From assembly GCA_964016885.1 (NCBI GenBank), contig OZ024763.1, positions 9,114,001 to 9,178,000 of the forward strand: 64,000 bases of DNA. Reading direction: 5' to 3'. This DNA is from Eledone cirrhosa. Lineage: Eukaryota. Positions 51,802 to 64,000 of the stretch are shown one piece after another; positions within the stretch are counted from its first letter, which is position 1, and each line of letters starts with the position of its first letter. The position numbers were made by a program, and so were the translations under genes. The notes beneath the pieces are model-generated. The model was given only the letters and a program-made list of their open reading frames with translations, was not told the DNA's origin and searched no databases.

Positions 51802-54800
51802 TACAAATATATATATGCGTACGAAAGTGTGGTTACATGATGCCTATGCGAGATGTGCGACCCTGCATGGTAGTGAAACATGGACAGCAACTGCAGAGGG
51901 TATGCGATGGCTGGAGAGAAATGAAGCAAGCACGCTCCGTTGGATGTGCAATGTCAATGTGCGGGAACGACCAAGCATAAACGAGTTGAGAGAGAAACTG
52001 TGTTTAAGAGGGATAAGTTGTGGTGTGCAAGAGAGGACTGAGATGGTATGGACATGTGATGCGCATGGAGGTTGAGCGCTGGGTAAAGAAGGGAGACGCA
52101 GTAGAGGAAGACCACGAAAAACATGGGTGGAGGTGGTGAGAGCCGACTTCAGATCGCTGAAACTCACCAAGGAGATGACGAAGGACCGTGACAAGTGAAG
52201 AGATGCTTTGCTCAAGAGGACCTGTCCCACCCTTTCAAGCAGGGAAAAGCGGACGTAAAATGATGAACAGACGATGATAATGATGCTCTCTATATATCTA
52301 TCTCTCTATCAATCTATCCAGATATCTGTGCATCAGTCTATCTATTTACCTATAAACACCCTCCTCACTCCGTCTCAGGATCACCGAGACATCACCAACA
52401 ACCAACCCACGCTGTGGGAAACAGTCCTCCCCGGGGCACACCCTGGTACTTCACACCATCTGTCTGTCTCGCTGCCTAACTACCGAGAAATCCGGCTTCT
52501 GTGCTTGCCTAATTTGTAGGTTATTAGGCAGTTGGCAGGTTTGCGGAAGTTGGTTTTGCAAATGGTTAAAACACTTGCATCACAAAATTCAAATAGCATC
52601 ACTCCTTGTTTTATCTTTCTCGTCTTTACCTAGGCCTGCATAAGTTAGTGTTACGGTTAGTGTTACTGTTAGCGTTACGACTAGTTTTAGGGTTAATTGA
52701 GAGCAAGAAACTGCTGCTAGGTAAAGACAAGAAATTCTGCATTTACAAGCAATTTTTACAAACAGCCACAATGACAGGACGGAGACATCGTTATGCTAGC
52801 AGGGGATTTCAATGGTCATGTTGGACAGCTCTACGATGGTTACACTGAGGTACATGTTGGGCACACTTACGGCTTAAGAAATGAAGCAGTGAAACTTCTT
52901 GAATTTTGCAATGCAATTGCACTAACCATCTACAACACTAACTTACACAAATCTGCCAACCACCTAATAACCTACAAATCAGGCAAGCACATAAGCCAGA
53001 TTGACTTCTTGCTAGTTAGGCAGCGGGACAGGCAGATGGTGTCAAATGCAAAGGCATACCCCGGGGAAGAATGTACCCCACAGCATAGGTTAGTCGTTAG
53101 TGATATCTCATTAAGCAAGAGACTGAATGAGACATACAGGAAGGTGTGGAAAAAAGAAAGGTCTGGAAGCTAAAAGAGCTCTCACTAAAATACAAATTTA
53201 GGAAAGCCCTTCAATATGTGTATGATGAAAAAGAAGACGATTTAGAGTCGTACAACATAGATGATAACTGGAATTTCTTATGCGATACCTTACTGCAGGT
53301 TACTGATGAAACTTGTGGCTGGATCAGAGTTCCAACCAGACAGAGAGTGACATGGTGGTGGGACAGCACGGTAGATCGGGCCATTGGAGACTAAAGACTA
53401 GCATGGAATGCTTGCAAAATTAGTGCGAGTAGAGAAGAATATACAGCCGCTAAGAGAGAAGCTAGACGTCAGGTGTACTTAGCATGCAAGGAGGCTGCTC
53501 GACGACGTGCGCTGTTCCGTACTGCAAGGCAGTGTGTCAGTGCAAATCGGGATTAAGTCTGTCCGCAATGATGCCGCTGTACTTTGTGTCACGAATGAGT
53601 GTTGATGAGTAGAAAAGAGGACAAAACTCTATTCCGTCAGGGAAATGGCCATGTTCGATATGCAGAAACGGAACTGGCATAAATTATATAAAACGTACAC
53701 AAAAGATCGAGTGCGATAGCAGGCACGTAGTGGGATAGCAGGCAAACTAACAGCATATTTTGATTATAATAAAACAAATAATAATAGTAATAATAATAAT
53801 AATAATCGTCATTGTTCTTTTCTTCTGTGCCTTTCTTTGCCTTCTCTGTCATCTGAATAACAAAAATAAAAGAAAAAAAGAATCTTAAACATATGTTGCC
53901 TTTACAAAGTGCTGTGATCAAAGTAGCTTTTAAGCAATTTCCTAACTAACAAACAACATCAACAAAATATATACAAATATCTTTGAATGTCAAGTCCACC
54001 AAGAGAAAATAGTCATAATGTACTTACAGATACAATGCTAGGGACTCGCATCAATGAGTTTTAGTAGAAAATGACTGACTGACTGTTGAGGGGACAGAGG
54101 TGTGTTTTCAAATATTTATCAATTCACAACAAAGCCTCACAAAGCTACATCATAATGCAAACTCACAACACCCTTCTTATGCAACCTCACCAAGCAACCC
54201 CACAACACAACCTCACGTTCACAATTCACAACACTCAACAAGGCATTCGTTATCTAGGGTTTACAGTAAACATAGCGAGGTAAGACACACCCAGTACACT
54301 CTGTAAAGTGGTCATTAGGTTAAGATTAAACTGAAATCATACCTCCATTGTCGTTGGCGTATATTTTCTCTAAAACTTAATTTCATTGCTTTCATTTCTC
54401 TTCTTTTTCTTCTATTCCATCTAAATATGAAAAAAAAATTATACAGGTCATTTCGTCTTATCAAGAGGTCCATTTAAAATTGAGATTAACGAATATAGGG
54501 TCCAAGAGGCGATTAAGGAATTGAAAAATGGTGAGGCTGCTGGACCATCGGAGATAGTTGCTGAGATGCTGAAGGCCTCAGGGGACGTAGGCACTAAACT
54601 GGTTGCACACATCATCAATCAGGCTATATATGGCAGTGTCATACCCAAAGACTAGTGCAAAAGTAAAGGGGACGCTCTTGAGAGGAGAAATTATAGGGAT
54701 ATAAAACTGATGGATCAGGTTATGAAAGTGGCAGAAAGGATATTAGCACAACTAATTAGAGAAAGGGTCAAACTAGATGAGATGCAGTTTGGTTTTGTGC

Positions 54801-55120
54801 CTGGGAATAGTACAACAGATGCCCTCTTCTTGATGAGACAATTACAAGAGAGGTTCTTAGAGAAAAATAAGCCACTATACTTAGCCTTTGTTGACCTAGA
54901 GAAGGCCTTTGATAGGGTACGCCGATCTGTCATCTTATTATTTAACCTATAAATGGGGCCCCAACAGGTACTACTACACCAGGCCAGAGCAGACCTGGGA
55001 GTTATGACAACTAAGGGGGTAACTCCATGTTCCCCACAGTTCCTCCTGAACTTGAGCCTTGCCACTGGATGTAGTTTAATGTCATACCCAGGACAAATAT
55101 ATACATACATATATATACAT

Positions 55121-55167
<47 letters not shown>

Positions 55168-58100
55168 TACAAATATATATATGCGTACGAAAGTGTGGTT
55201 ACATGATGCCTATGCGAGATGTGCGACCCTGCATGGTAGTGAAACATGGACAGCAACTGCAGAGGGTATGCGATGGCTGGAGAGAAATGAAGCAAGCACG
55301 CTCCGTTGGATGTGCAATGTCAATGTGCGGGAACGACCAAGCATAAACGAGTTGAGAGAGAAACTGTGTTTAAGAGGGATAAGTTGTGGTGTGCAAGAGA
55401 GGACTGAGATGGTATGGACATGTGATGCGCATGGAGGTTGAGCGCTGGGTAAAGAAGGGAGACGCAGTAGAGGAAGACCACGAAAAACATGGGTGGAGGT
55501 GGTGAGAGCCGACTTCAGATCGCTGAAACTCACCAAGGAGATGACGAAGGACCGTGACAAGTGAAGAGATGCTTTGCTCAAGAGGACCTGTCCCACCCTT
55601 TCAAGCAGGGAAAAGCGGACGTAAAATGATGAACAGACGATGATAATGATGCTCTCTATATATCTATCTCTCTATCAATCTATCCAGATATCTGTGCATC
55701 AGTCTATCTATTTACCTATAAACACCCTCCTCACTCCGTCTCAGGATCACCGAGACATCACCAACAACCAACCCACGCTGTGGGAAACAGTCCTCCCCGG
55801 GGCACACCCTGGTACTTCACACCATCTGTCTGTCTCGCTGCCTAACTACCGAGAAATCCGGCTTCTGTGCTTGCCTAATTTGTAGGTTATTAGGCAGTTG
55901 GCAGGTTTGCGGAAGTTGGTTTTGCAAATGGTTAAAACACTTGCATCACAAAATTCAAATAGCATCACTCCTTGTTTTATCTTTCTCGTCTTTACCTAGG
56001 CCTGCATAAGTTAGTGTTACGGTTAGTGTTACTGTTAGCGTTACGACTAGTTTTAGGGTTAATTGAGAGCAAGAAACTGCTGCTAGGTAAAGACAAGAAA
56101 TTCTGCATTTACAAGCAATTTTTACAAACAGCCACAATGACAGGACGGAGACATCGTTATGCTAGCAGGGGATTTCAATGGTCATGTTGGACAGCTCTAC
56201 GATGGTTACACTGAGGTACATGTTGGGCACACTTACGGCTTAAGAAATGAAGCAGTGAAACTTCTTGAATTTTGCAATGCAATTGCACTAACCATCTACA
56301 ACACTAACTTACACAAATCTGCCAACCACCTAATAACCTACAAATCAGGCAAGCACATAAGCCAGATTGACTTCTTGCTAGTTAGGCAGCGGGACAGGCA
56401 GATGGTGTCAAATGCAAAGGCATACCCCGGGGAAGAATGTACCCCACAGCATAGGTTAGTCGTTAGTGATATCTCATTAAGCAAGAGACTGAATGAGACA
56501 TACAGGAAGGTGTGGAAAAAAGAAAGGTCTGGAAGCTAAAAGAGCTCTCACTAAAATACAAATTTAGGAAAGCCCTTCAATATGTGTATGATGAAAAAGA
56601 AGACGATTTAGAGTCGTACAACATAGATGATAACTGGAATTTCTTATGCGATACCTTACTGCAGGTTACTGATGAAACTTGTGGCTGGATCAGAGTTCCA
56701 ACCAGACAGAGAGTGACATGGTGGTGGGACAGCACGGTAGATCGGGCCATTGGAGACTAAAGACTAGCATGGAATGCTTGCAAAATTAGTGCGAGTAGAG
56801 AAGAATATACAGCCGCTAAGAGAGAAGCTAGACGTCAGGTGTACTTAGCATGCAAGGAGGCTGCTCGACGACGTGCGCTGTTCCGTACTGCAAGGCAGTG
56901 TGTCAGTGCAAATCGGGATTAAGTCTGTCCGCAATGATGCCGCTGTACTTTGTGTCACGAATGAGTGTTGATGAGTAGAAAAGAGGACAAAACTCTATTC
57001 CGTCAGGGAAATGGCCATGTTCGATATGCAGAAACGGAACTGGCATAAATTATATAAAACGTACACAAAAGATCGAGTGCGATAGCAGGCACGTAGTGGG
57101 ATAGCAGGCAAACTAACAGCATATTTTGATTATAATAAAACAAATAATAATAGTAATAATAATAATAATAATCGTCATTGTTCTTTTCTTCTGTGCCTTT
57201 CTTTGCCTTCTCTGTCATCTGAATAACAAAAATAAAAGAAAAAAAGAATCTTAAACATATGTTGCCTTTACAAAGTGCTGTGATCAAAGTAGCTTTTAAG
57301 CAATTTCCTAACTAACAAACAACATCAACAAAATATATACAAATATCTTTGAATGTCAAGTCCACCAAGAGAAAATAGTCATAATGTACTTACAGATACA
57401 ATGCTAGGGACTCGCATCAATGAGTTTTAGTAGAAAATGACTGACTGACTGTTGAGGGGACAGAGGTGTGTTTTCAAATATTTATCAATTCACAACAAAG
57501 CCTCACAAAGCTACATCATAATGCAAACTCACAACACCCTTCTTATGCAACCTCACCAAGCAACCCCACAACACAACCTCACGTTCACAATTCACAACAC
57601 TCAACAAGGCATTCGTTATCTAGGGTTTACAGTAAACATAGCGAGGTAAGACACACCCAGTACACTCTGTAAAGTGGTCATTAGGTTAAGATTAAACTGA
57701 AATCATACCTCCATTGTCGTTGGCGTATATTTTCTCTAAAACTTAATTTCATTGCTTTCATTTCTCTTCTTTTTCTTCTATTCCATCTAAATATGAAAAA
57801 AAAATTATACAGGTCATTTCGTCTTATCAAGAGGTCCATTTAAAATTGAGATTAACGAATATAGGGTCCAAGAGGCGATTAAGGAATTGAAAAATGGTGA
57901 GGCTGCTGGACCATCGGAGATAGTTGCTGAGATGCTGAAGGCCTCAGGGGACGTAGGCACTAAACTGGTTGCACACATCATCAATCAGGCTATATATGGC
58001 AGTGTCATACCCAAAGACTAGTGCAAAAGTAAAGGGGACGCTCTTGAGAGGAGAAATTATAGGGATATAAAACTGATGGATCAGGTTATGAAAGTGGCAG

Positions 58101-58486
58101 AAAGGATATTAGCACAACTAATTAGAGAAAGGGTCAAACTAGATGAGATGCAGTTTGGTTTTGTGCCTGGGAATAGTACAACAGATGCCCTCTTCTTGAT
58201 GAGACAATTACAAGAGAGGTTCTTAGAGAAAAATAAGCCACTATACTTAGCCTTTGTTGACCTAGAGAAGGCCTTTGATAGGGTACGCCGATCTGTCATC
58301 TTATTATTTAACCTATAAATGGGGCCCCAACAGGTACTACTACACCAGGCCAGAGCAGACCTGGGAGTTATGACAACTAAGGGGGTAACTCCATGTTCCC
58401 CACAGTTCCTCCTGAACTTGAGCCTTGCCACTGGATGTAGTTTAATGTCATACCCAGGACAAATATATACATACATATATATACAT

Positions 58487-58533
<47 letters not shown>

Positions 58534-61500
58534 TACAAATATATATATGCGTACGAAAGTGTGGTTACATGATGCCTATGCGAGATGTGCGACCCTGCAT
58601 GGTAGTGAAACATGGACAGCAACTGCAGAGGGTATGCGATGGCTGGAGAGAAATGAAGCAAGCACGCTCCGTTGGATGTGCAATGTCAATGTGCGGGAAC
58701 GACCAAGCATAAACGAGTTGAGAGAGAAACTGTGTTTAAGAGGGATAAGTTGTGGTGTGCAAGAGAGGACTGAGATGGTATGGACATGTGATGCGCATGG
58801 AGGTTGAGCGCTGGGTAAAGAAGGGAGACGCAGTAGAGGAAGACCACGAAAAACATGGGTGGAGGTGGTGAGAGCCGACTTCAGATCGCTGAAACTCACC
58901 AAGGAGATGACGAAGGACCGTGACAAGTGAAGAGATGCTTTGCTCAAGAGGACCTGTCCCACCCTTTCAAGCAGGGAAAAGCGGACGTAAAATGATGAAC
59001 AGACGATGATAATGATGCTCTCTATATATCTATCTCTCTATCAATCTATCCAGATATCTGTGCATCAGTCTATCTATTTACCTATAAACACCCTCCTCAC
59101 TCCGTCTCAGGATCACCGAGACATCACCAACAACCAACCCACGCTGTGGGAAACAGTCCTCCCCGGGGCACACCCTGGTACTTCACACCATCTGTCTGTC
59201 TCGCTGCCTAACTACCGAGAAATCCGGCTTCTGTGCTTGCCTAATTTGTAGGTTATTAGGCAGTTGGCAGGTTTGCGGAAGTTGGTTTTGCAAATGGTTA
59301 AAACACTTGCATCACAAAATTCAAATAGCATCACTCCTTGTTTTATCTTTCTCGTCTTTACCTAGGCCTGCATAAGTTAGTGTTACGGTTAGTGTTACTG
59401 TTAGCGTTACGACTAGTTTTAGGGTTAATTGAGAGCAAGAAACTGCTGCTAGGTAAAGACAAGAAATTCTGCATTTACAAGCAATTTTTACAAACAGCCA
59501 CAATGACAGGACGGAGACATCGTTATGCTAGCAGGGGATTTCAATGGTCATGTTGGACAGCTCTACGATGGTTACACTGAGGTACATGTTGGGCACACTT
59601 ACGGCTTAAGAAATGAAGCAGTGAAACTTCTTGAATTTTGCAATGCAATTGCACTAACCATCTACAACACTAACTTACACAAATCTGCCAACCACCTAAT
59701 AACCTACAAATCAGGCAAGCACATAAGCCAGATTGACTTCTTGCTAGTTAGGCAGCGGGACAGGCAGATGGTGTCAAATGCAAAGGCATACCCCGGGGAA
59801 GAATGTACCCCACAGCATAGGTTAGTCGTTAGTGATATCTCATTAAGCAAGAGACTGAATGAGACATACAGGAAGGTGTGGAAAAAAGAAAGGTCTGGAA
59901 GCTAAAAGAGCTCTCACTAAAATACAAATTTAGGAAAGCCCTTCAATATGTGTATGATGAAAAAGAAGACGATTTAGAGTCGTACAACATAGATGATAAC
60001 TGGAATTTCTTATGCGATACCTTACTGCAGGTTACTGATGAAACTTGTGGCTGGATCAGAGTTCCAACCAGACAGAGAGTGACATGGTGGTGGGACAGCA
60101 CGGTAGATCGGGCCATTGGAGACTAAAGACTAGCATGGAATGCTTGCAAAATTAGTGCGAGTAGAGAAGAATATACAGCCGCTAAGAGAGAAGCTAGACG
60201 TCAGGTGTACTTAGCATGCAAGGAGGCTGCTCGACGACGTGCGCTGTTCCGTACTGCAAGGCAGTGTGTCAGTGCAAATCGGGATTAAGTCTGTCCGCAA
60301 TGATGCCGCTGTACTTTGTGTCACGAATGAGTGTTGATGAGTAGAAAAGAGGACAAAACTCTATTCCGTCAGGGAAATGGCCATGTTCGATATGCAGAAA
60401 CGGAACTGGCATAAATTATATAAAACGTACACAAAAGATCGAGTGCGATAGCAGGCACGTAGTGGGATAGCAGGCAAACTAACAGCATATTTTGATTATA
60501 ATAAAACAAATAATAATAGTAATAATAATAATAATAATCGTCATTGTTCTTTTCTTCTGTGCCTTTCTTTGCCTTCTCTGTCATCTGAATAACAAAAATA
60601 AAAGAAAAAAAGAATCTTAAACATATGTTGCCTTTACAAAGTGCTGTGATCAAAGTAGCTTTTAAGCAATTTCCTAACTAACAAACAACATCAACAAAAT
60701 ATATACAAATATCTTTGAATGTCAAGTCCACCAAGAGAAAATAGTCATAATGTACTTACAGATACAATGCTAGGGACTCGCATCAATGAGTTTTAGTAGA
60801 AAATGACTGACTGACTGTTGAGGGGACAGAGGTGTGTTTTCAAATATTTATCAATTCACAACAAAGCCTCACAAAGCTACATCATAATGCAAACTCACAA
60901 CACCCTTCTTATGCAACCTCACCAAGCAACCCCACAACACAACCTCACGTTCACAATTCACAACACTCAACAAGGCATTCGTTATCTAGGGTTTACAGTA
61001 AACATAGCGAGGTAAGACACACCCAGTACACTCTGTAAAGTGGTCATTAGGTTAAGATTAAACTGAAATCATACCTCCATTGTCGTTGGCGTATATTTTC
61101 TCTAAAACTTAATTTCATTGCTTTCATTTCTCTTCTTTTTCTTCTATTCCATCTAAATATGAAAAAAAAATTATACAGGTCATTTCGTCTTATCAAGAGG
61201 TCCATTTAAAATTGAGATTAACGAATATAGGGTCCAAGAGGCGATTAAGGAATTGAAAAATGGTGAGGCTGCTGGACCATCGGAGATAGTTGCTGAGATG
61301 CTGAAGGCCTCAGGGGACGTAGGCACTAAACTGGTTGCACACATCATCAATCAGGCTATATATGGCAGTGTCATACCCAAAGACTAGTGCAAAAGTAAAG
61401 GGGACGCTCTTGAGAGGAGAAATTATAGGGATATAAAACTGATGGATCAGGTTATGAAAGTGGCAGAAAGGATATTAGCACAACTAATTAGAGAAAGGGT

Positions 61501-61852
61501 CAAACTAGATGAGATGCAGTTTGGTTTTGTGCCTGGGAATAGTACAACAGATGCCCTCTTCTTGATGAGACAATTACAAGAGAGGTTCTTAGAGAAAAAT
61601 AAGCCACTATACTTAGCCTTTGTTGACCTAGAGAAGGCCTTTGATAGGGTACGCCGATCTGTCATCTTATTATTTAACCTATAAATGGGGCCCCAACAGG
61701 TACTACTACACCAGGCCAGAGCAGACCTGGGAGTTATGACAACTAAGGGGGTAACTCCATGTTCCCCACAGTTCCTCCTGAACTTGAGCCTTGCCACTGG
61801 ATGTAGTTTAATGTCATACCCAGGACAAATATATACATACATATATATACAT

Positions 61853-61899
<47 letters not shown>

Positions 61900-64000
61900 T
61901 ACAAATATATATATGCGTACGAAAGTGTGGTTACATGATGCCTATGCGAGATGTGCGACCCTGCATGGTAGTGAAACATGGACAGCAACTGCAGAGGGTA
62001 TGCGATGGCTGGAGAGAAATGAAGCAAGCACGCTCCGTTGGATGTGCAATGTCAATGTGCGGGAACGACCAAGCATAAACGAGTTGAGAGAGAAACTGTG
62101 TTTAAGAGGGATAAGTTGTGGTGTGCAAGAGAGGACTGAGATGGTATGGACATGTGATGCGCATGGAGGTTGAGCGCTGGGTAAAGAAGGGAGACGCAGT
62201 AGAGGAAGACCACGAAAAACATGGGTGGAGGTGGTGAGAGCCGACTTCAGATCGCTGAAACTCACCAAGGAGATGACGAAGGACCGTGACAAGTGAAGAG
62301 ATGCTTTGCTCAAGAGGACCTGTCCCACCCTTTCAAGCAGGGAAAAGCGGACGTAAAATGATGAACAGACGATGATAATGATGCTCTCTATATATCTATC
62401 TCTCTATCAATCTATCCAGATATCTGTGCATCAGTCTATCTATTTACCTATAAACACCCTCCTCACTCCGTCTCAGGATCACCGAGACATCACCAACAAC
62501 CAACCCACGCTGTGGGAAACAGTCCTCCCCGGGGCACACCCTGGTACTTCACACCATCTGTCTGTCTCGCTGCCTAACTACCGAGAAATCCGGCTTCTGT
62601 GCTTGCCTAATTTGTAGGTTATTAGGCAGTTGGCAGGTTTGCGGAAGTTGGTTTTGCAAATGGTTAAAACACTTGCATCACAAAATTCAAATAGCATCAC
62701 TCCTTGTTTTATCTTTCTCGTCTTTACCTAGGCCTGCATAAGTTAGTGTTACGGTTAGTGTTACTGTTAGCGTTACGACTAGTTTTAGGGTTAATTGAGA
62801 GCAAGAAACTGCTGCTAGGTAAAGACAAGAAATTCTGCATTTACAAGCAATTTTTACAAACAGCCACAATGACAGGACGGAGACATCGTTATGCTAGCAG
62901 GGGATTTCAATGGTCATGTTGGACAGCTCTACGATGGTTACACTGAGGTACATGTTGGGCACACTTACGGCTTAAGAAATGAAGCAGTGAAACTTCTTGA
63001 ATTTTGCAATGCAATTGCACTAACCATCTACAACACTAACTTACACAAATCTGCCAACCACCTAATAACCTACAAATCAGGCAAGCACATAAGCCAGATT
63101 GACTTCTTGCTAGTTAGGCAGCGGGACAGGCAGATGGTGTCAAATGCAAAGGCATACCCCGGGGAAGAATGTACCCCACAGCATAGGTTAGTCGTTAGTG
63201 ATATCTCATTAAGCAAGAGACTGAATGAGACATACAGGAAGGTGTGGAAAAAAGAAAGGTCTGGAAGCTAAAAGAGCTCTCACTAAAATACAAATTTAGG
63301 AAAGCCCTTCAATATGTGTATGATGAAAAAGAAGACGATTTAGAGTCGTACAACATAGATGATAACTGGAATTTCTTATGCGATACCTTACTGCAGGTTA
63401 CTGATGAAACTTGTGGCTGGATCAGAGTTCCAACCAGACAGAGAGTGACATGGTGGTGGGACAGCACGGTAGATCGGGCCATTGGAGACTAAAGACTAGC
63501 ATGGAATGCTTGCAAAATTAGTGCGAGTAGAGAAGAATATACAGCCGCTAAGAGAGAAGCTAGACGTCAGGTGTACTTAGCATGCAAGGAGGCTGCTCGA
63601 CGACGTGCGCTGTTCCGTACTGCAAGGCAGTGTGTCAGTGCAAATCGGGATTAAGTCTGTCCGCAATGATGCCGCTGTACTTTGTGTCACGAATGAGTGT
63701 TGATGAGTAGAAAAGAGGACAAAACTCTATTCCGTCAGGGAAATGGCCATGTTCGATATGCAGAAACGGAACTGGCATAAATTATATAAAACGTACACAA
63801 AAGATCGAGTGCGATAGCAGGCACGTAGTGGGATAGCAGGCAAACTAACAGCATATTTTGATTATAATAAAACAAATAATAATAGTAATAATAATAATAA
63901 TAATCGTCATTGTTCTTTTCTTCTGTGCCTTTCTTTGCCTTCTCTGTCATCTGAATAACAAAAATAAAAGAAAAAAAGAATCTTAAACATATGTTGCCTT

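Larger units (their letters stand above)
45116..64000 (+). repeat. 3366-bp tandem array (macrosatellite); units start at 45116, 48482, 51848, 55214, 58580 and 61946, and the array runs off the window
   Basis: All ORFs recur with identical translation at exactly +3366 (e.g. 46061, 49427, 52793, 56159, 59525, 62891). Confidence 0.98.

Noticed and set aside
45116-64000. Active telomere-maintaining retrotransposon array (HeT-A/TART/TRAS-like)
   Set aside because: The units share the same stops, deletions and nested insertions, lie 35 kb from a long canonical telomere, and have no variable 5' truncations.

Overview
This window is a eukaryotic chromosome end. A ~10 kb (CCCTAA)n telomere with a proximal (CCCCAA)n variant block is followed by 54 kb of subtelomere with no intact protein-coding gene. 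The SINE, RTE and microsatellite content resembles a mollusc, probably an octopus-type cephalopod (inference only). From the end inward the subtelomere contains: (1) a 1.6 kb AT-rich domain of alternating inverted, palindromic modules; (2) a non-autonomous Helitron with an empty-site paralog in the window; (3) a ~4.6-5.3 kb tandem segmental duplication of decayed RTE LINEs plus an unidentified module; (4) a modular ATAATAC minisatellite; (5) tRNA-derived SINEs, an R4/Dong-like LINE, a Tx1/L1-like LINE and two Helitron Rep/helicase relics; (6) a 3366-bp tandem array of at least 5.6 apparently identical units, each with a fold-back RTE endonuclease pair centred on degenerate telomere-like hexamers. 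The most notable finding is three unrelated type I hammerhead ribozyme motifs that can be folded by eye on the minus strand (26846-26896, 37424-37503, 40124-40211). The third lies in a ~1.5-mer tandem repeat whose two GUC cleavage sites are 208 nt apart, the architecture of a retrozyme or Penelope pLTR that could give a small circular RNA. Element boundaries were read by eye and are approximate unless stated.
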